From positions 12,253,796 through 12,317,795 of the forward strand of contig CM082592.2 in NCBI GenBank assembly GCA_040954595.2: a DNA stretch of 64,000 nt, read 5' to 3'. Positions within the stretch are counted from its first letter, which is position 1; each line of letters starts with the position of its first letter. Below the pieces are notes generated by a model. It saw nothing but the letters and a program-made list of their open reading frames with translations. It was not told where the DNA came from and searched no databases. Positions 15,501 through 26,400 of the stretch are shown piece by piece. A program made the position numbers and the translations under genes. This DNA comes from Balanoglossus misakiensis (Eukaryota > Animalia > Hemichordata).

Positions 15501-16128
15501 AGACACTTCAAAGCAGAAAGCCTCGGGACAGGTTGGCAAGGTCCGCTGGGAAAGTAGCCTCATAGCCAAACCAAAGATAGTTGATAATGGTCCTAGTTAT
15601 CAGAGAAAATCAGGCAGAAGCGAAAATCTTCCTCAGATCGAATATAGATCAAGAATTAAGATTGAAGACAAGGTAGAATTGCAGGAAAAATTACAGGCTT
15701 CCCTGAGACTACTGCCGTTGAACAACGACAATGAAAATAAAGAGAAGCCAAAGAAGCCACTAGCAACAAAAAACCCAACCCGACCAAGTCAAATTAAGGT
15801 TAAAATCATGGATATTTCTGATACCAAGGAACACAGAAGAGCGCACGCGCAGGACACTAAACCTACAAAGCTGGGCATTAAAGGTCAAGCAACTGGACCA
15901 GAGAAAAAGCAGTTGAAACCTGGCGGCGACTTTGAACACGACACGGAAATCCCAAAGAACAGAAAAATAGACACCTCAACACCCAGGGATAAACTTGTTG
16001 ATGTGCCAAAGTTTCTGCCCACTCAAATTAAAATTGCCGAATTAAATACGGTGATCGTTGAAGGCCACCCATACGTCACTGAAGACCAACACAAAGCTCT
16101 TGTTAATGCAAAGGCAAGGACTGGATAA
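9588..16128 (+). CDS. Uncharacterized spliced protein, K/S/P/E-rich and probably largely disordered; join(9588..10030,13450..13518,14466..16128), ~724 aa; further exons possible
   Basis: Donor AG|gtaagt at 10030; 69-nt phase-2 exon (ELFNRLDSILQTNPAQEKLDEK) with tttcag acceptor and gtgagt donor; acceptor ttcag at 14465 joins in frame to the long ORF ending TAA 16128. No domain recognised. Confidence 0.7.
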
Positions 16129-16795
16129 TATCACTAAACAAACTGTTGTTTGTTTTTACACTTTTTTTGGCTTTTATGAACAACAAAAACTTGGTTGGAA
16201 CGTTCCATGGCCTCCCACAAATTAATTTATGTGCACAAGTTTCGAAATCCACTCAAACGGGTGTGGCACTAGTATAGATGATTTCCCACCCATTGCGAGA
16301 TCTTGCGAGACTTTGTTGTTTACCATAGCAACGAGTTGCTAGCTCCAGTTCCCTCTTTCAATTAGAGTCAGTCCAGCCTTACCATCGAAAACAATGGGTT
16401 AGGACTGAACCATGGTCGTGAAATGGTTAAGAAACTAGAATAGGTGCAGGGTTTGTTTAACAAAAAAATTAACGTGCCGTTTAGCAAGCTTAAGATGACT
16501 CAATAGAATCTCATCAGCTTACACATGATGTAGATTTCTTAACGTTGTATCGCTGATGACAACTTAAATATAGAAGAAGGGAGGTCAACCTCGAGTTTCA
16601 CCTGAAGAATGGTTCTGTCGACCACCTACATTGAGTTTACCTAACTCTAGTGGGATTTCCAGAACTTTTTCGTAACATTAAAATTGGATTTATTAAATAA
16701 TTCATTTTTTTCCTAATCTCTGGGGACAAGCTTGGCCTACTACAATGGTATGTGTGAATGTGTGTCTGTGTGTTTGTGTGTGCGCGCTATGTAAA

Positions 16796-16904
16796 GGATA
16801 ATGTACGAGTGGAGTGCAATCGTTCAGATATCGAACGACACGAGGGCCGCTGGCCCGAGTGTCGTTCAATATCTGAACGATTGCACGACACGAGTACATT
16901 ATCC
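16796..16904. mobile_element. Hairpin-type non-autonomous element
   Basis: ggataatgtac...gatatcgaacgacac / gtgtcgttcaatatc...gtacattatcc stem around a gagggccgctggcccgag loop; same design as the 439-bp hairpin elements. Confidence 0.6.
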
Positions 16905-17113
16905 GGCTTACAATACGTCGCAACATCTGCATGTGATCTTGATATATGCTAAACAACTTCTCAACCACATCAACCAATCACAAGCGTCGCAAAATACACC
17001 TGGTGTATGACTCATTTCGATTGGATACTTGTCAGCCAGGGCATTTGTCACTTGGTCATTGAGGTGCCACGTTTCCATCATCATTCGGAACTCAACCTTC
17101 GACAGACAAACAC

Positions 17114-17659
17114 CATGGCCGAAAGTAGCGACGAGCACGAGCTTTTCATTACCCGTGGAGCACGTTCCCACACCCAAGCGAAAGCGAAGGGCGTAGCTTT
17201 TACGATATGGACTGGATTTTCCAAGATTTTGGTAGCTTCATTGAAGAGGATGTACATAAACCATCGGTCATGGAAAGTGTCCTGCAGAAAATCAAGGGTG
17301 CCTTTCTCCTGGCCTGCAGCCGCCATTGCGCACATCCTCTACTGTAAGTACCATTTTTCTGTCATTTTCCTCGGAACTTGTAAATTTGTAGTTGTATATT
17401 GATCAGGAATGTTCGATTGTACGTCAGCGTAGGCACTTCAGGGAAGTTTTGGTACGTCGAAAAAAATCAAGCTTTCAGGTGAATCCGTGTGTGAGGTAGA
17501 AACGAACCCCCAACCAAAGGTTGAGCCCTGCAGCGCAGAGATCACGACAAAGAAAGATGGACGAACCAAGTGTGTGCACCTGGAAGCAGTTCTTCCTGCC
17601 AGAGGCAGCACCTCCTGTCAAAGCTATCTCGTTTGTTGTAGTGAATCTTATTATGCCAG
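17114..17659 (+). CDS. Possible upstream exons of the 18.3-21.4 kb gene (about 17114..17343 and 17479..17659)
   Basis: MAESSDEHELFITRG... ends T|gtaagt at 17343 and continues in phase after tttcag at 17478; the phase link to 18332 is not resolved. Confidence 0.3.
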
Positions 17660-18331
17660 GTGCAGTGCAATATCCAGATATTGCACTGGTACCAATGCAT
17701 TAGCATAGATAATGTCCCAAGAGAACAAGGAGTCTGGTCACATGTAGTGTTGTAAGTCGGCCTAAAGCCTTTGCTAAACCTGAGGGGCTTTCAAATGTGC
17801 TGTCGTGACCGGTATTTTTTCATGCCAAAGAGAAGCGGTTGTACACATAATCAAATATTCACTATAAGCCTATATTCAATGTCGTATAGTACACATTTCA
17901 CCACAGGGGCGCGTCATCTTCCAGTGATGTACAGGAACAGAGTCGCTCATTCACATGCGCTGATATTGTCGCGTGCAGCGTAATGTCCAACTTGCCAAGG
18001 AATATTAGCACTGTGAAATTAACCGCAAGGAAATTATTAATAACAAATATAGGCACCCGTGCTCTATCTTGCATTTTCTAAATTAAAACTCATCAGCTCA
18101 CAAGTTAAGTTACAATGCGATGGTGAGTCCGACATTCTTATCATTGGAAGATGATGCGTCCCCCTGTTCATGTACGGTAAATTCATGAAACGAAATAACG
18201 TGCTCGTGATTCTGTTCCACGAACGTCGCGTTTCTCACGTTTCTTTTCAAATAAACGAATCCGGATGGAATCTATTCCAGAACTGATATAGGAGAACACG
18301 TACAGCTTTGTCTTTTTACTACATTTTAAAG

Positions 18332-21300
18332 ATGTGGGAAGCGGTGGAAAATTCAGAGTTGGATGAAGCAGCTGACACAATTGTCGATTTAAAGGAAGAA
18401 GAATGTAGTTCACCGGTAACCGTCCATCAAGTTCCTTCAGATACTAATATATGCGGACCCATTTATTTGCCCACGGACAGTTTATTGGATTCCGAGAAAA
18501 GTACCTGCGAGCGACTCCGTAAAAATAACTCCAAAGGCGTGAAATGCGATCAGAAAACTGACGGTGTGCTTTCGGATCCATTTATGCAAGCTGTTGACGA
18601 GGCAGCTGTGGCGGCCGTGATCATAACTCGAGCCAGAGAGGCCAGGGACTCTGCCGAAAAAGCTCTTCAACTTGCAAAGGGAGCCTGTCTTGCAGCAAAC
18701 GCCTCGCTCGAAGTGGCAGAGTACGTGGCTAAATGTGCCAGGGTATCCGCTCACATAGCACTGGATATATGCAACTTCGCATCATTTGATGAAGCTTATA
18801 GACAAACAACGGGTCACAAAATAAGCCTCGATAATTTCAAAAAAGTTTTAGGGCTTCCAGAAAACAAATTGGATTCGCTAACACTTTTTAGCGGCTGCAG
18901 CAGTGACGAGTTGAGAAATATTCGGTATTCGAGCGAGTCTACCCTGTCAGAAGGACATCGTGTACTAGACAACGATTTTCTGTTTGAAAGCGAATATTCA
19001 GTCTCAAGCCTTAGCAGTCAACACCACCTTGGGCCAAACGTTTCCCATAAAGTGCGCTTATGGGAAGACAAAGCTAACCGCGACAGTCGACCATCCTCAG
19101 CGAAAACCCCCCAACGAGCCTGGTCTTCATACTCGGAAAGCGCAGCATCTTGTCCCGTTTGTAGTGGCTCGTGCTGTGCTAGATTTCATAAGCGCGAAGA
19201 AAGATACCCGTCTATGATATCATCCCAAGCAGTAACAAGTCCAAACGTCCTTCGAAATGACACCTCACTGCCTTCGTTTGACGAGATGCATGTACATTTT
19301 ACTGAAAGAGATCGCAGAGGGCGCTATCCCACTGACCACCGTAGCAACCGTGAAGAAAATTGCAGTGGCATGGCAAGCTACCTCGACGGTGAAACAAATC
19401 TGAGTAGTAGTGATGATGTAAGTCGATATTTTACACATATTTTTATAATTAAGCAATAACCTCCGCCGAAGCCAGACGATGAACGTAAAAACGAGCGCCC
19501 TGGGAACGAGCAGACGACAAAAATGACAAGACAGGCATGGCGCACGTGTATAGCCCGGAGACACAGGCGTTGATCTAGGGGAAAAGGATTCTAGATTCTA
19601 GATCAACGCCTGTGTCTCCGGGCTAGCACGTGTATTCCCACAGAGCAGTTCCAAAATAAAGCGTCCGTATAAAATTCAGTTTTATTTTATTTATTTGGTT
19701 TAACCACACGCTACTGTGGTTTAACCGCACATTTTCGCTGCCGCATGCTAGTTCAGGGACCCGTTTTAGCAGTGCTATAATGAGTATTTAACATCGCGGT
19801 TAACTCAAACAGAATGGCGGATGGTATATTGAACACCTATTGCCTGGCCATGAGGGCCATAGCGGCCGTTTATTACACCCGAGGGGCTGTGAGTTACCAG
19901 AATCATATGCTATTTCCCGAGGCCGCAGGCCGAGGGAAATAGCATATGATTCTGGTAACTCACAGTCACGAGGGGGTAAAAACGGCTGCTATGGCCCGAA
20001 TATAGGCCAGGCTATAGGTGTTTTATAATAAACCTCATGCTAACAGCTGGGAAAATCTTGCAATTTTCTCTTGAGGCTGGCAGACGACATCTTCAGCGGT
20101 GGCCATTGTGTCAGACGACGCGACGCTGATTGACGTGACCATGTTGGTCATGTGACCGGTTTATATTTTTTCTGCTATTTCCCTAGCGGTTCATAGTCGA
20201 TTCTATTTTCCTATCACGTGACGGATTCTGGCGAATCACGGCACAGTATTAGCATGAGGTATATTATAGATTTATAATATAAACCGGTCACGTGACCAAC
20301 GTGGTCACGTCAATCAGCGTCGCGTCGTCTGACACAATGGCCACCGCTGAAGATGTCGTCTGCCAGCCTCAAGAGAAAATTGCAAGATTTTCCCAGCTGT
20401 TAGCATGAGGTTTATTATAAAACACCTATAGCCTGGCCTATATTCGGGCCATAGCAGCCGTTTTTACCCCCTCGTGACTGTGAGTTACCAGAATCATATG
20501 CTATTTCCCTCGGCCTGCGGCCTCGGGAAATAGCATATGATTCTGGTAACTCACAGCCCCTCGGGTGTAATAAACGGCCGCTATGGCCCTCATGGCCAGG
20601 CAATAGGTGTTCAATATGTAATATAATGCAGGCTTCAGATTCTCAGACTAATAGATAGACATTAACGCAGCTCTGCAACCCTTCTCTCTTTTTTTCATAA
20701 TTAAACTATTCAGAGTGAATCACCTGAAACAAAAGTCCTTAAACCAAAGAGAAGCAAGCAGATGCAACGAATTACTGACACAGAATCTGAAAGTCCTCTT
20801 AGTAAAATGTATGCCAGGCGGCGCCGTCGTAGTAGTAGTGGCACAGACTCTCCTGAACGACCTGTCTCTCCTCTTGTTCATGGAGATGACAACCAGAAAA
20901 GACTTGACATGCAGGTAAGGGACTGATCAATGGAAAATTAATTTACTCTGTTTTATACCAGGTTCATACTGGGTAAAACTAAAAACGTTCCAGAGACACT
21001 ATTTGACATGCATTTTGTAAACACAGAAGATTGATCCTTCGAGACGCTTATAATATATGTACACGTCCATGTGTCCACAATCACAAAGACCCTGATGCTC
21101 AGCCCCATAGACAATGTGACAGAAAAGTTTTTCCAGATCTAGTCTTCCCTGTTTTTGATTATGCATTGAATTTGTCCATTCACATATGGTCTATTTAACC
21201 ATGGCTTGCATAAATTAAAACTGGCTCGATCTCAACCATTCACAACAATGTATTAATGGCCATGTCACACTGATATAATATAATTTGAGTTTTGTTTATG

Positions 21301-21393
21301 TTTTCTGTTCAGCTTCAGCCAGCATCAAGTCCACAAACATTCCGCCCTGGAAAGCTACGTTCTGACACAGAATTTCTTGAAGAGAAGGAATGA
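18332..21393 (+). CDS. Uncharacterized Ser-rich protein with Ala-rich helical segment; join(18332..19417,20714..20914,21313..21393)
   Basis: 383-aa ORF with donor GAT|gtaagt at 19417; phase-0 exons SESPETKVLKPKR...LDMQ|gtaagg and LQPASSPQTFRPGKLRSDTEFLEEKE* with canonical acceptors. 5' end uncertain. Confidence 0.72.
19551..19625. mobile_element. 75-bp MITE with 28-bp TIRs and 9-bp TSD (AcademH-like ends)
   Basis: tagcccggagacacaggcgttgatctag ... ctagatcaacgcctgtgtctccgggcta flanked by gcacgtgta on both sides. Confidence 0.8.
19830..20268 (+). mobile_element. 439-bp hairpin non-autonomous element, copy 1
   Basis: ~190-bp internal stem-loop around ccgaggccgcaggccgagg plus second IR ataaacctcatgctaa/ttagcatgaggtatattat; near-identical to 30697..31135. 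Confidence 0.85.
20276..20617 (-). mobile_element. Inverted, truncated copy 2 of the 439-bp element
   Basis: Reverse complement of 19826..20167 with two visible mismatches; identical spurious 62-aa ORF on the minus strand. Confidence 0.85.
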
Positions 21394-23487
21394 CGGAATG
21401 GAGGAAGATCATTTTCATCCAGTGAGTGCAGCCTGTCTAAGGATACTCCAATTGCCGATTTTGATTAATGTCATATTAATGCAGTCTATGATATCATGAA
21501 TCAATTTATTGTTTTTAAATATATCTTGCTTTACTTTTACAGTAAAGACAACAAGTAACATGCAAAAACTAAAGGTTATAATAATGACACAAAAACACAA
21601 ATTTAGGAATGAAAACTTTCCAAAGTGATCAGTAATATTTACTTTGACTGTTCACAATAAATGCATATGTATATAATAACACTTTAATCTGTTGTCAGTG
21701 CTCATGTCATGATAGCTAAATATTCTTTAGTGTATTGCGTGGCTACTAGCTGTACCTACTCATGGTACTGTGTTGCCATACCCTAGGCTATTTTTTGAAA
21801 ATCCTCACGATGCTAATCAAATTTTAGCAGTTAAAATCAATAATAATATCTTACCTAATTAACATCTTTTACAATTGTGCCATATATCTCAAAAGTTTTT
21901 CAAACTATTCAGATGCACCCTAAACTTTGATCATATACTTGGTTGGTGTGACATGAAAAGACTTGGCAATTTTTTTTGTGCAGATTCAAGATGGAAGTTT
22001 TCCTTTATCTGCATCTATCTTTGACCTCTAAAGGCATGTGATTGACAGAGGTACTCGTACTCTAGCTGGCCTGACTACAACAAGATGCCTGAACCATTCA
22101 AATCAAGAAACATATGTACATCATTTATGTCTGAAATATTTCTTTTTAATCAATATGCATGCAGTATCATCTCTCTACCTTTATTATTTAACAAACAGAA
22201 ATGAGACAATGTAAATAGATGCCTTATTATTTTACTAATAATATGTTACCAAGTTTTCTGAGTAATATTATCTTTGATATTTTAACTCTTTCACCCCAGT
22301 TCCCTCTTTTGAGGTCCGACCTTATTACTATACCATAGTTGTAAAAGGATTAAAACCTGGCACCCATTTTAACCCTGTCAGGTCTGAGTTTCTGGTACTC
22401 CTACATATATTTAAAATAAATAATCTCCTAATGAAAATGCTCTCATTTAAAACTAGGGATACAGATTGCAAAATAAAACTCTTAACAAAACCAATATTGA
22501 TAAAGAAAGCTTCATCATGGCAATAATGTCTTGATATTTACTGAATGCATTTTCATATACAATTATTTTACAAATACAATATCAATAATATATGAAATAA
22601 ATAAATAAAATAGATAACTTTATTTGTTGTCAGGTGCTAACATTACTTCAAAAATTACTAAAAAATGTACAAAATGTAATAAGAAATTACCATAGGTTTA
22701 TGAGGACTGAAAAGCTGCTTTTATAAAGCTTCTTTAGACAGTGAAACACTTTAAATAGAGTAAATGACAGCAAGTGCAATATACTAGAGCCATGAATTTC
22801 ATGTACAGTTTGATACAGTCAATAAGACAACAGATTATTATACGTGAACTTTTCAACAAATGATTGAGAGATCAAGTCCCAATCCCAAGGCCTTTAATAA
22901 AAAGGTTAAGACAAGAATTTCTGTCAAGGATGTATATCACTTGAAATGTTCCAAATCATAAAAAAATAAACTTCTTGTATTGCTCCCTAGCTAACAAGTT
23001 TAAGACACTATTAACCTTTGGGCATGTCTGCCAAGGTTTTGAACCTTTAAGTATGTACAATCAGTAAAATTGAAAGTATTGTCATTTCTTTTAAAATTGT
23101 GGATTTTTTTGTTTCTCATTTGTATAATGAAAATCCGTAATCGGGACCACTGCGCTTGTTTTCAAAATACAAGGTCGAGAATTTAGTTGATAATTGAAGA
23201 AAACTGCTGATTCAGCATTTTCACCAAATGGTTTGTCTATGGGCAAAATATTAAGCGATGTTTATCTCTAAATAGATTGAGGTGACTATACAATTTTATT
23301 TGCCCAATGAGTTTCTTTTTATTTGACTGAGCTGAGTAAAATTTCATGAAAATGACAATAGTGGAAGTGAGTTTTCTAGCTACAGGTATTCTCAATGTAA
23401 TCCAATGGGAAAAGACGAATGCGCACAGTTTTCCAGTTTATTTTCTGTGCATACATCCTTAATTAGAGATATCAACTGTTCATGTTG

Positions 23488-26400
23488 TCAAGTCTTCTTT
23501 ACAAAAGATTTTGTGAATAGAGAAAAAAAACCCATCTCTGCTATAACTGCTACTTGCCCTCTGTTTTTACCATCTGTTCTGTCGGGTTGGTTGTCAATCA
23601 TCTTATATCTCTTGCTAATGAACTTCTTACTGATTTTGTCCCATGAACTTCTGGATTTTAAGATCTATAGAAAATGTATACTTAGTAATAAGGATAATCA
23701 GTGTGACTATTATATGCCCAATATTACCACTATGTCTGAGTTTCTGAGATCAAAGCATGCATTTCCATGATAAGAAAGCCCAGATCACATGATTGATAGT
23801 AAAGAATTGGTCTGAGAGCTTTATTGGTGTTAAAGGAATAACAGTGGTGATGTGGGAATGGCAGGTAGTAGTGTAAGGGTAAAGGCAGAACAGTTACTGA
23901 CTTTCAGAGAATGTCTGGGTGCATTTGGAAAACTCACCTGGAAAGTTGAATCAATTTCTGTGGGTCGTTTCAGCGGCAGCATGATAACTGGGCATGATTC
24001 CACACTGTGATTAACTGGCATTTCTCTAGCACTTTTGATAGGAATAAATACTTCTCCAGCAAAACTGTCATGCCATAACAAGTTCTGACTCATCACTGTC
24101 AAATATATGACAGCACCATTTGTTGTCAATGCTTCCTCAGAAATTCCAGCACTGTAAGTTGTAAAAGACACACAAATTGATGAGTGGAACCTAATCTGCA
24201 ACTTCTATACTACATATCATTTATTAGTTTAGTCTCTTACTCAAAATGCACTTTCAGAGAGTGCTGTAAGGTATATTAAATTCCTTCTAAGAGAAGTGAC
24301 TTTAGGCCAGAGAGAAAAAAAATCTTGTTCATCAGATTTTTTGGACCTAGTTCCAGGAGCGGCGAGCGAATATTTTTTTTTATATTTTTTTTTAGGCTGA
24401 AGGTAAATGCGTTTCTCTGGCATATTTGCACAGATGCAGACAGGGCGAGATAATTGTTTCCCTCTTTACCAGAAATACATCAGACAAAAACACCGATACA
24501 TGTACTTGTAACTGAATTCAATACTATATTTCCCAACAATAACATAGGCCATTACATTTACAGTTGGTGTTTGCACAACATATTCTGGCCACCAGTGGCA
24601 GTGACTAAGAATTTTGTAACGCGGAAGTAGAATATTTGCCAAGATTAAAAAAAAAAAAAAATTCCAAATCAGCCAAAGTAGAAGTGGCGATTCTGATGAA
24701 CAATTTGTTTTTTCTTCCTGGCCTTAAGGAAACTTAACCAATGGTTATGTATTACTATTATTCATAATGTTGATGAAAGTTTTTTTTATCAGTGTCAACT
24801 GTAGTATTGTGTAGGATTATGTAAATATTGCAATCATTTCTAAAAATGAATACTATTTTTCCAACTCTATTAATCTGATATGATCAAAAGAAAAGAAATT
24901 GTTATGCTTTACTTACTATTCAAAAAGTTCATTGAACTTTGGATTCAATGTCTGAGGAATCACTCTTGTCTTCAGTTTCTTTGCATTTGTAAATAAAGAC
25001 TCTGGCAATAATTCACTCACCACAAAGGGATCACTGAGACCTATGAGAAGAGTGAGTTAAATGAATAAGCCACGCGAATAAAGGTGACATATTAAATGAT
25101 AAGTACATCTGTCTGACTCCTTAAAAATTAATATAGCAATGAATTAGAAAGTTTGGAGGACTATTGTTTATTCTGAACAGTTTCTCAAGTGAAAAAGGTA
25201 AAATAACAAAAAAAAGTACCATTTTTGTCCAGGCCAGGTAAATTAACCGCATTGACAACTGTAAGAAAAACATATGTTATGAAGGATCTTAGTATTAATC
25301 AGATTGTTTGGAATCACTTTCCTGAAGACTTTATATCTGCAATTTACCCAAAAACCTTTTTGATTATAATCTACAACTGATTTTAATGAGATGGCCCTTT
25401 TCACAGAACTACCTAATGTTACTCATTCCCTAGATTACCATGCACTGTGCACATTTATGTTTTGATAAAGTCATGATCATTTCCATGATGAAAAGTTTGC
25501 CCTCAAAGACATCAAGTAGAAGTCATGAGTTCAGCTAAGGATGCTGACAGCACATCAAGTGCTTACATCTCTTCCTAAATTTAATAAGGGCCAAAAAATA
25601 ATTGTGAGGTTCAGGTAAACCAACCAGCCTGAATAGGCCATTAGAAGAAAATAATCTATTTTCAAATTTATTCAATTTGCAAGTTTCATACATCATGGAG
25701 AGTTTCAAATCTTGAGGAATCACTATTGGTGCAAATGATAATGAACAAAGGGATATTTAACATGTGCAACCAATTCCTTCAATTCCCTCAGAATTTATAT
25801 TTCCTGTTTTTTTTTATTTCTTTACAGTCATGGTAAATCATGTATTTATGTTTTCAATTTACTGAAGCACTGTGAAAACTTTAAGTAGTTAATTTTATCC
25901 AAGAGAAAATGAAGAAGTAATTCTTTTCAATAAATTTTTACTGTACCTTTGACAAAAAGTGTTATTTTCCCCCTAGTTTCTTTCATGTAACCAATTTTGA
26001 TGGCAAGATGTCCAAAATATGCCTCTGGAGTGCACACGTTATCTGCCATTCCCTGATAGTACTCACTAATAAGATCAGTAGATGACAAGCTATTGGATGA
26101 TAATTGGTTTCTGATATAAGTGTACTGATAATTCTTGATCTGCATGTCAGTGAGACCAAGGTTATCCTTCCCAAAAAACTTCTCTAAAACTGTCAAATGC
26201 TGTGAACAGATGGAAAAAAATTAAACATATAAAAGGTTACAGAGAAATGAAGATAACATATTGAACCAGTAGACTGAATGGCGGCCTTTCTTTACTTGTT
26301 TACAAATTCCAATTCTGGCTTTTGTTGATGGAAACAGACAAGTCAAGCTGTAGCTATGTTTCATTGCAATAAACATTTTTTTTTCAAAAATGGATTAATC

